In this document: piece by piece, positions 56,910-64,000 of the stretch | Layout of the letters: every line of letters begins with the position of its first letter | How positions within the stretch are numbered: the stretch's first letter is position 1 | DNA from: Candidatus Methylomirabilia bacterium | GTDB taxonomy: Bacteria; Methylomirabilota; Methylomirabilia; Rokubacteriales; CSP1-6 | Direction of reading: 5' to 3' | DNA length: 64,000 bases | Assembly (NCBI GenBank): GCA_041497895.1 | Contig: JBGQHJ010000001.1 | Coordinates: 32,001 to 96,000 of the forward strand | Notes under the pieces: model-generated | The model's input: only the letters and a program-made list of their open reading frames with translations | Databases searched by the model: none | What the model was told of the DNA's origin: nothing | Made by a program: the position numbers and the translations under genes

Positions 56910-57755
56910 ATGCAAGGCAAGGTCGTCGTCGTCACCGGCGGCACGTCCGGGATCGGGCAGGTCGCGGCCGAGCAGCTCGCCGGCAAGGGCGCGCGCCTGG
57001 TGCTGGTGGCGCGCGATCGCGCGCGCGGCGAGGCCGCGCTCGAGCGCCTGCGGGCGCGCGGCCCGGGAGTCCCCCACCGCGCGCACTACGCCGATCTCTC
57101 CCTGGTCGGCGACACCAGGCGCGTGGCGGCGGAGATCGCGGCGGCCGAGCCGCGCGTCGACGTGCTGATCAACAACGCGGGGGCCATGTTCGGCACCCGC
57201 CGGGTCACCCCGGACGGGCTCGAGCTCACGTTCGCGCTCAACCACATGGCCTACTTCCTGCTCACCCATGGCCTGCGCGAGCGGCTGCGCGCGGCCGCGC
57301 CGGCGCGGGTGGTCAACACCGCCTCGGGCGCCCACCGGCGCGCCCGCCTCGACTTCGACGATCTGCAGTCGGCCCGCGGCTACCGGGGCTTCATGGTCTA
57401 CAGCCGCTCCAAGCTGTGCAACATTCTCTACACGCGCGAGCTGGCTCGGCGCTGGGCCGGGACCGGGGTCACCGCCAACAGCCTGCACCCGGGCTTCGTG
57501 GCCACCCGCTTCGGCGACGCGAGCGGCGGGCTCTTCTCGTACGTGGTGCGCGCGTCCAAGAAGGTGTTCGGGCTCTCGCTCGAGAAGGGCGCGGAGACCC
57601 TCGTCTTCCTCGCGTCGTCGCCTCAGATCGCGACGATCAGCGGGGGCTACTTCTACCAGTGCCACCTCGCCGCGCCGACCCGCGCCGCCCAGGACGACGC
57701 CGCGGCCCGCCGGCTGTGGGCCGAGACGGAGCGCCTGGCCGGGGTGACCACCTGA
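56910..57755 (+). CDS. SDR oxidoreductase (retinol dehydrogenase-like)
   Basis: TGGTSGIG, INNAG, NHMAYF, YSRSK, LHPGFVAT. Confidence 0.9.
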   Translation: MQGKVVVVTGGTSGIGQVAAEQLAGKGARLVLVARDRARGEAALERLRARGPGVPHRAHYADLSLVGDTRRVAAEIAAAEPRVDVLINNAGAMFGTRRVTPDGLELTFALNHMAYFLLTHGLRERLRAAAPARVVNTASGAHRRARLDFDDLQSARGYRGFMVYSRSKLCNILYTRELARRWAGTGVTANSLHPGFVATRFGDASGGLFSYVVRASKKVFGLSLEKGAETLVFLASSPQIATISGGYFYQCHLAAPTRAAQDDAAARRLWAETERLAGVTT

Positions 57756-57757
57756 CG

Positions 57758-58432
57758 ATGGCGAGCCGGGCCGGCCCGGCGGCCGGCGTCCTCGTCCTCA
57801 TGGCCCTCGCGCTGGCGGCGCCGGGTCGGTCGCGCGGAGACGACTGGCCGGCGCCCCGGACCCGCGAGGTCTTCGCCCCCTCGCGCGAGTACTTCGTCCG
57901 GGTGATCCCCGGCAAGGGCTTCGGCGAGACCGTCGGCTTTCGCGGGGCGCCCACCGGGCCGCCGGCGACGGCCGAGCTCTACCGGCGCGCGAGCGACGGC
58001 TCGTACCGGCCGGTGTGGACGGTGAGCCTCGTGAACCCGGTGGCCCCGATCGACGTCTTCGTGACCGATCGCGGCTACCTGGCGACGCTCGACAACTGGC
58101 ACAACCTGGGCTACGGCCGGGTGGTCGCGTTCTACTCTCCCGCGGGCGTCCTGATTCGCGCCTACACCCTCGCCGACCTGTTCTCGGCCGCCGAGATCGA
58201 CGCGCGGCGGAGATCGGTCTCGTCGATCTGGTGGCGGAAGCCGCCCGCCTACGTGCGACCGGATCAGCAGACCCTGTACGTGACGGTGGATGACGCGGGC
58301 CGCGAGCTCCTGTTCGAGACCGAGACCGGCGCCTACCAGTACTGCGAGCCGCGCGATGCGACGCGCCGGTGCCGTAGCGCGAACGGCCCACGGCAGTGGC
58401 GCGGTTACGTCGATCCGCCGCCGCGACCGTGA
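57758..58432 (+). CDS. Hypothetical exported protein
   Basis: Signal-like N-terminus, aromatic-rich globular region (TLDNWHNLGYG, SVSSIWW). Confidence 0.65.
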   Translation: MASRAGPAAGVLVLMALALAAPGRSRGDDWPAPRTREVFAPSREYFVRVIPGKGFGETVGFRGAPTGPPATAELYRRASDGSYRPVWTVSLVNPVAPIDVFVTDRGYLATLDNWHNLGYGRVVAFYSPAGVLIRAYTLADLFSAAEIDARRRSVSSIWWRKPPAYVRPDQQTLYVTVDDAGRELLFETETGAYQYCEPRDATRRCRSANGPRQWRGYVDPPPRP

Positions 58433-58450
58433 GGCCGGCCCGCCCCGGCG

Positions 58451-59053
58451 TCAGGGGCGGCGGGCATCGACGACGAGCGTGCCGATGATCTGCTCGATCA
58501 CGCGGTCGTAGCCGGTGTCGCCCCGCGGCGCCTCGAGAAAGCTGCGGTGGCCGGTGAACTCGAGGACCGCTCCGTCCCGGAGCGGCACGAGGTAGTAGAA
58601 GGCGGCGCTGCCGTATGGCCCGGGGAAGCCCGGGAACTTCTGCACGCGGTGGGGGCCGATCGTGATCTCGGTGATGGCCGCTCCGTAGATCTGGCGTCCC
58701 AGGTCCCGCCGGGCGGCGGCGGCCGATCCGTCCTGCGGCTCGATCGTGATCGCGGTGATCTCGCCCGCCGGGAGGGCCGCGCGGTCCCGCGACCCCACGC
58801 GCGCCACCTCCACCAGCACCAGCGCGCGCTCGAACGGGAGCCGGCCGCCGGAGGCGCGCAGCGTCTTCGCGAGATCCGGCGGGAGATCGTTGCGATAGGC
58901 CCCCGCGACGAAGCGCGCCGGATAGCGCAGGACGAAGCCCTCCTGGCCGTCGCGGTGCAGCACCCACGGTCCCTCCTGGGCGGAGGCGAACGCCGCCGCG
59001 CTCAGGAGCCCGAGCGCCACGATCACGCGGCCGGGCCGCGACCAGCGCCTCAT
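58451..59053 (-). CDS. Hypothetical exported protein
   Basis: Signal peptide ending AFASA; ATGA overlap with ycaQ-like gene. Confidence 0.65.
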   Translation of the reverse strand: MRRWSRPGRVIVALGLLSAAAFASAQEGPWVLHRDGQEGFVLRYPARFVAGAYRNDLPPDLAKTLRASGGRLPFERALVLVEVARVGSRDRAALPAGEITAITIEPQDGSAAAARRDLGRQIYGAAITEITIGPHRVQKFPGFPGPYGSAAFYYLVPLRDGAVLEFTGHRSFLEAPRGDTGYDRVIEQIIGTLVVDARRP

Positions 59054-60342
59054 GTGCGGGCCGGCTCCGCGTCGCGCACCGCCCGGACGAGCGCGCCCCG
59101 CAGTCGCCCCGGCGTCACCCGGCCGACGATGACGCCCTCGGCCTGGACGAAGCGCGCGAGCGAGCCGGTCGCCTCGGCGAGCCCGACCAGCATCGCTTCC
59201 CGGTCGAGCGGGTCGCCGCCCGCGGGCGGCGCCTGGCCCCGGGCTGCCCACGGCTCGAGGTGCACGTGGCGCACCTCGAGGCGGCGGTCGCCGCGGTGGG
59301 CCTTGGCGTCGATCCGGCCGACGAGCTGGCCGTCGTGGAGGATGGGCAGCGTGTAGTAGCCGTGGACGCGCTTCGGGCCCGGGGTGTAGACCTCGATCCG
59401 GTAGTCGAAGCCGAAGAGGCGCGATACGCGATCGCGGTACCAGAGCAGCGAATCGAACGGCGAGAGGAAGGTGGTGCCGTGCGAGGCCGCGGGCAGCCGC
59501 CCGGCCCGCGCCAGCGCGGGCAGGTCGCGGCTGAGCGCGAGCCACCGCGCCGGCGATTCCTCCACCGCGATCTCGGTCACGAGCCCCTCGGCCACCATCG
59601 CGCGCAGCGCGGCGCGGCGCGTGGCGGTGGCGCCGCGCGGGTAGGTGAGGTAGTGCGTGAGATCGATCTCGACCGCCGCGCCCATCGCGTGGAGCGAGCG
59701 CTCGATGTGCCAGCGCAGGAACGCCTCCGCCGACACCGCCTCGGTGCCGGGGGCGGGCGGGGCCACCCGCTCCAGGAGGTCGAAGCGCTTCTGGAAGTGG
59801 CGGCGGGAGTGGATGGTGAGCACCCCGGTCATCCACAGGTAGTGCAGCGCGTGCTGGACCGGCCGCCAGTCCCACCATCCGCCGCGGCCGCGGGGGGGCC
59901 GCCGCCCCTCGAGCTCGGCGTGGCCCATGGGGCCGCCGGCCCGGATGAGCTCGGTCACGGTGGCGAGCAGCCGGGTGTTCTTGCGCAGCCAGCCCGACCA
60001 GCCGGTGTGGCGCACGCGGTAGTCGAGCATCGCGCGCCGCCACCAGGGAAGCATCGAGGTGGGCACGAGACAGGCCGCGTGCGCCCAGTACTCGAGGAAG
60101 AGCCGGCGACGGTAGACGAGGCGATCGAGCCGCGCCCGCTCGTAGGGCCCGAAGCGGCTCCACACCGTGAGGTAGTGCGCGCGCTCGAGGACGTTGATGG
60201 AGTCCATCTGGATGCCGCCCACGTCCTCGGCGAAGCGGGTCAGGCGGCCGGGGGTCAGGCGGTGGGCGCGCGGGCGGCCGAGGTGCTGGCGGTGCAGGAA
60301 GAGGGCCCGGACGGCGTGGCGCGGGAAGACACGCGGCGGCAT
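59050..60342 (-). CDS. YcaQ/AlkZ-family (HTH_42) interstrand cross-link DNA glycosylase
   Basis: IQMDSINVLERAH (QxD), EYWAHAA, LSPFDSLLW.R, FDYRIEVYTP..KR.HGYY.LPIL. Confidence 0.88.
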   Translation of the reverse strand: MPPRVFPRHAVRALFLHRQHLGRPRAHRLTPGRLTRFAEDVGGIQMDSINVLERAHYLTVWSRFGPYERARLDRLVYRRRLFLEYWAHAACLVPTSMLPWWRRAMLDYRVRHTGWSGWLRKNTRLLATVTELIRAGGPMGHAELEGRRPPRGRGGWWDWRPVQHALHYLWMTGVLTIHSRRHFQKRFDLLERVAPPAPGTEAVSAEAFLRWHIERSLHAMGAAVEIDLTHYLTYPRGATATRRAALRAMVAEGLVTEIAVEESPARWLALSRDLPALARAGRLPAASHGTTFLSPFDSLLWYRDRVSRLFGFDYRIEVYTPGPKRVHGYYTLPILHDGQLVGRIDAKAHRGDRRLEVRHVHLEPWAARGQAPPAGGDPLDREAMLVGLAEATGSLARFVQAEGVIVGRVTPGRLRGALVRAVRDAEPART

Positions 60343-60417
60343 GACGCCTGAGCGTATCATCCTGGAACCGGGCGCGCGGGGTGATCGAGTGAGCGATGCG
60401 AGATGGGGAGGGAAGAG

Positions 60418-60801
60418 ATGAACGTCACCCGACTGCTGCCGAACATCTGCACGGATCGAATGGCCGAAACGCGCGATTTCTACATCGACCTCCTTGGATT
60501 CGTGGTGCGGTTCGAGCACCTCGGGTGGTACATCCAGCTGTCGTCGGCGGCCGACCCGCAGTTGCAGATCGGCATCGTGCGCCGCGACCACGAGTTCACA
60601 CCCAGGGCCTTCCAGCAGCCGGCCCAGGGGGTGATCCTCTCGGTTCAGGTCGACGACGTCGACGCCGCGTATGCGGCGGTGGTGAAGCGCGGCTTCCGGA
60701 TCGCGGACGAGCTGCGCGATGAGGCCTTCGGTATGAGGCATTTCATGGTTACCGATCCGAACGGGCTGCTCGTCAACATCCTCGCGTTCCCGGCGGCGTG
60801 A
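60418..60801 (+). CDS. VOC / glyoxalase / bleomycin-resistance family protein
   Basis: FYIDLLGF, VDDVDAAY, FGMRHFMVTDPNG. Confidence 0.9.
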   Translation: MNVTRLLPNICTDRMAETRDFYIDLLGFVVRFEHLGWYIQLSSAADPQLQIGIVRRDHEFTPRAFQQPAQGVILSVQVDDVDAAYAAVVKRGFRIADELRDEAFGMRHFMVTDPNGLLVNILAFPAA

Positions 60802-60895
60802 AGTGCTAGACGGGAGCTTGCTTCCGGGCCGCAGCCGAGTAAACAATCAGAGCAGGTGGCGCGTCCAAGCGGGTAGCCCAGGAGGGGGCGGAACC

Positions 60896-61645
60896 ATGAA
60901 GACATCTCGGGGACTCCTGATCGCGATCCTGCTCACCGGTCTTGCCGCGGCCGCGCCGGCCTGGGCGGTGGAGTATCGCCTCGAGGTCGCCAGCCTCTGG
61001 GAGAGCGCGCTCTATCCCTTTGCCAAGACTGCCGAGCTGAGCGACGGAGCGTCCGGGCCGGGGCTCGACCGGCTCGAGGCGGGACTCGACCAGGGCGCGG
61101 TGCCGCACGCCGTCGTGCTCCGCGATCGCACGCTGCGGTGGGCCAGCGAGGGGGTCGCCCACGCGTACGGCACCGTGCGCGTGCTGGCCGAGATCAAGGC
61201 GGCCGGTGACGGCAGGCGCTGGGACGAGGTGCGCTGGGAGGGCAAGCCGGGTGAGCGGAGCGTGTGGATGGTGCTGCCCAGCGGGAGCGGGCGCCCGCAG
61301 CAGCTCTACCGGGTCCTGCTCAAGGGCGAGGGCCCGGTGCGGCAATTCATGCCATACGTGCCGGTGGGCGGCTCACGCAGCGCGGCGGTGAAGTACCCGC
61401 TGAGCTTCCTCTGGTCCTACGAGGAGCGCGGCCTGATCTGGGACCACTATCTCCGCCAGAGCCTCGACCTGGGCCAGGGCCTGGGCGCGGTGGTGGGCGA
61501 GAACTTCAACCAGTCGTTTCCGGACCAGGTCTACCTGATCGTGCAGCAGGCGGCCGAGCCCACGATCTACAAGGCGGTGCTGCTCTGGCGCGATCCGGCC
61601 TACAACTTCGAGGCGCCCCGCCGGCCCGGCAACCCGACCCGGTAG
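60896..61645 (+). CDS. Hypothetical exported protein
   Basis: RBS GGAGG, signal peptide ending PAWA, globular 249-aa ORF. Confidence 0.7.
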   Translation: MKTSRGLLIAILLTGLAAAAPAWAVEYRLEVASLWESALYPFAKTAELSDGASGPGLDRLEAGLDQGAVPHAVVLRDRTLRWASEGVAHAYGTVRVLAEIKAAGDGRRWDEVRWEGKPGERSVWMVLPSGSGRPQQLYRVLLKGEGPVRQFMPYVPVGGSRSAAVKYPLSFLWSYEERGLIWDHYLRQSLDLGQGLGAVVGENFNQSFPDQVYLIVQQAAEPTIYKAVLLWRDPAYNFEAPRRPGNPTR

Positions 61646-61672
61646 GCGCTCGCCGCCTCACCGCCCCGCGTC

Positions 61673-62797
61673 TCATCGGATGGACGCCGCGAAGATCCGC
61701 AGGTAGTTGCCGCCCACGATCTTCGCGGTGTCCGCCGGAGTGAAGCCGCCCCGCAGCATGGCGTCGACCAGGGCGGTGAAGTTGTCGTACTCGGGGTAGA
61801 GCCCCGTGCTCGACGAGGCGTCGGTGCCGATGCTCACGTGGTCGACGCCCACCACGTCCGCCATCTCCTTGAGCCCCTCCACGTAGCGCTCGGGCGTCGC
61901 GAAGAAGTGCCAGATGCCCACGGAGCCGCCGGTCTCGGCGATCGCCCGCGCGTGATCGGGCGTGATCTGCCGCTCCACCAGCGGGGTCTCGCCCTGGGCC
62001 TTCGAGCCGCGCAGCGCGGTGTGGGAGAGCAGCAGCGGCCGGCTGGCGGCCTTCACCGCCTGCTTGACGGTGTCGGCGGTGGCGTGGGCCACGTCGACGA
62101 CCACACCCAGGCGATTGCAGGCGCGGATGACGTCGGCCCCGAACGGGGTCAGGCCGTCGTGGGTGACCGCGCCGGTCTGGAAGTCGCCGATGTCGTTCGG
62201 GGTGTAGTGGACGAGCTGCATGGTGCGGACGCCACGCTGGTACGACTCCTCGAGCCGCTCGAGCTTGCGCTCGAGGAAGTCGAGGCCCTCGATGTCCATG
62301 ATGATCGCGGGCGCGCCCTCCGCGTGGGCGGCCTTCACGTCGGCCGCGGTGAGGATGCGACGGATGCCGTGGTTGGCGCACAGCTCGTCCACCCAGCCGA
62401 GACGCTGCAGGTGGTACCGGTAGAGGAAGCCGGGCTCGGGCTCGCGGAGCGCCCGCAGCACGTTGCTCGCGTCGCGGCCGAGGATGGGACCGTCCGGCAC
62501 GTCGGCCAGGCAGAGCACCGCGATGCGGCCGGCGCGCATGCTCCGGGCCAGGTCGTCGCTCGGCGCCGCGGTCCGCGAGGTGACGCCGTTGGGACCGGCG
62601 TGGGTGTGCACGTCGACCGAGACGTGCTCGCGCAGCAGCTTCGCCGCCGCCGGGTAGGGCATCTCCGCGGTCGCGGCGGCCGGCGCCTCCGGGCGGGCGC
62701 CCGCGCAGCCGGGGACCATCGCCGACGCGGTGGTGAGCAGCGAGCTCCACATCCATTCGCGACGGGTCCAGTGAAGCGCGTGGCCGCAGCAGGTCAT
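61673..62797 (-). CDS. Membrane dipeptidase (M19)-like protein, paralog of 49686-50810
   Basis: TRRE Tat-like signal and PGC; VDVHTH, IEG, QLVHY, VDVAH, LSHT, GVDHVSIGTD, GGNYLR. Confidence 0.85.
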   Translation of the reverse strand: MTCCGHALHWTRREWMWSSLLTTASAMVPGCAGARPEAPAAATAEMPYPAAAKLLREHVSVDVHTHAGPNGVTSRTAAPSDDLARSMRAGRIAVLCLADVPDGPILGRDASNVLRALREPEPGFLYRYHLQRLGWVDELCANHGIRRILTAADVKAAHAEGAPAIIMDIEGLDFLERKLERLEESYQRGVRTMQLVHYTPNDIGDFQTGAVTHDGLTPFGADVIRACNRLGVVVDVAHATADTVKQAVKAASRPLLLSHTALRGSKAQGETPLVERQITPDHARAIAETGGSVGIWHFFATPERYVEGLKEMADVVGVDHVSIGTDASSSTGLYPEYDNFTALVDAMLRGGFTPADTAKIVGGNYLRIFAASIR

Positions 62798-62808
62798 GAC
62801 GGGTCTCC

Positions 62809-63642
62809 TCAGCGATTGATTGCGCCGTGCTTGCGCAGGAAGGTGAGCCCCGCCCGCGCGTCGTCCAGGCCCAGCTCCAGCACCCCGGGCAGCGTGGCGA
62901 AGGCGGGATGCCGCGCCACCGCGACCACGCCCATGCCGATGGTCCCGGTGCCGGGAGTGGCGTGGCGATCCCGGTGCGCCCCGCAGGGGAGCTGACAGTC
63001 GTTCAGGTGGAAGGCCACCACGCGCTCGAGCACGCCCTCGGCGGCGAGCGCGTCGGCCAGGCGGGCGCCGCCCTCGTCACCCGAGAGGTCGAAGCCGGCG
63101 GCGTGCAGATGGCAGGTGTCGATGAGCAGGCCGAATTGCTCGGCGGGCGCGCCCACGTCGCGGACGAGGCGGGCCAGCTCCGGAATGGTCTGGCCCAGCT
63201 CGCTGCCCTCGCACGAGTTCTCGAGGAGGAGCCGCGGGCCGGCCGGCATCTTCGCGATCAGCTCGCCGAGCTTGCGGGTGGCGAGGACCAGCGCCTCCTC
63301 CGCGCTCGGGTGGCCCTTGGCGTAGCCCACGTGGAAGCACACCGCGTCGAGCCCGATCTCCGCCGCGACCTTGAGGTCGGCGAGCAGGCTCGAGACCGAC
63401 GAGTTGCGGATGCGGCCCTCGGGACTCGCCAGGTTGACGAGCAGCGAGCCGTGGGCCACGCCCCAGGCACGATGGCCGGCCAGGCCCGCCACCAGCGCGG
63501 CGCGGTCGGGGGGCTCGGGCACGCCGTAGTTCCCGAAGCGGCCGGGGTCGCGCAGGACCGTCTGGTAGACGTCGACGCCCTCCTGGCGGAGGAGAGACGG
63601 GATCGCGGCGAGCGGGGGGCCGATCGACAGTCCGACGCGCAT
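62809..63642 (-). CDS. Endonuclease IV-like (AP endonuclease 2 / xylose-isomerase TIM barrel)
   Basis: HGSLLVNLAS, FHVG, LLEN, IDTCHLHAAG, FHLND, RDRH, GTIG, VLE. Confidence 0.85.
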   Translation of the reverse strand: MRVGLSIGPPLAAIPSLLRQEGVDVYQTVLRDPGRFGNYGVPEPPDRAALVAGLAGHRAWGVAHGSLLVNLASPEGRIRNSSVSSLLADLKVAAEIGLDAVCFHVGYAKGHPSAEEALVLATRKLGELIAKMPAGPRLLLENSCEGSELGQTIPELARLVRDVGAPAEQFGLLIDTCHLHAAGFDLSGDEGGARLADALAAEGVLERVVAFHLNDCQLPCGAHRDRHATPGTGTIGMGVVAVARHPAFATLPGVLELGLDDARAGLTFLRKHGAINR

Positions 63643-63672
63643 CCTCGGTACTCTACCACTCTCGCGCGCGGC

Positions 63673-63837
63673 GGGCGGAACCGGCGGCCGGGGCGGGGCT
63701 CCCTCCCGGGAACACGCTGCATCGCATCCCGATGCGCCGTCTCGATCGAGCCACGAGATCATCGGTGGCTGGCTTCGACGACGCGCAGAAGCCACGGTTC
63801 CCGGGAGGGAGCCCCGCCCCGGCCGCCGGCCCCGCCC
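63673..63837. repeat. Intergenic element with 33-bp perfect inverted repeats enclosing three hairpins
   Basis: 63681-63713 is the exact reverse complement of 63797-63829. Confidence 0.8.
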
Positions 63838-63842
63838 TTGGG

Positions 63843-64000
63843 CTAGTTGGATGCCGACGAGCTAGAGGCTTTCAGGTGCGGGAGGACGGCGCGGCCGAAC
63901 AGCTCGACGGTCTGCACCGGATCCGCGGACAGGCTCACCGTGAACATGAGCTGGGTGACCCCGGCCGCCTCGGCGGCGCGGACCTGGGCGAGGCAGTCCT
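63843..64000 (-). CDS. C-terminal end of a probable LLM-class oxidoreductase (truncated by window)
   Basis: DCLAQVRAAEAAGVTQLMF...VELFGRAVLPHL then TAG. Confidence 0.6.
   Translation of the reverse strand, partial: DCLAQVRAAEAAGVTQLMFTVSLSADPVQTVELFGRAVLPHLKASSSSASN

Noticed and set aside
63714..63796. tRNA (cloverleaf-like interior containing TTCGA)
   Set aside because: No canonical D, anticodon or T arm geometry and no proper acceptor end on either strand

Overview
Very GC-rich (visibly >70%), gene-dense bacterial chromosomal segment with about 67 CDSs and no rRNA, tRNA, CRISPR array or transposase. Gene content (several luciferase-like monooxygenases, xanthine-dehydrogenase-family molybdoenzymes, ABC/TRAP solute-binding proteins, Asp/Glu-racemase-like proteins, amidohydrolase, SDRs) resembles Ca. 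Rokubacteria (Methylomirabilota); this is inference only. Most interesting signals: (1) a hidden selenoprotein, an AhpD/CMD-family gene that the ORF track splits at an in-frame TGA in a C-P-F-U motif, followed 11 nt later by a SECIS-like hairpin; (2) a 35-bp palindromic repeat in two near-identical copies, inserted in frame in at least one and probably both host genes; (3) a 19-aa Lys-rich mini-ORF just upstream of an ABC-F (Uup-like) gene; (4) a coupled HEAT-repeat / HD-GYP / Cys-less racemase-like operon whose first two proteins share an unnamed N-terminal domain; (5) a 165-bp element with 33-bp perfect inverted repeats enclosing three hairpins; (6) a cluster of small Cys-rich ORFs behind an RBS-sequestering leader. 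Start codons were chosen by eye and product calls are from motif recognition, not database searches.
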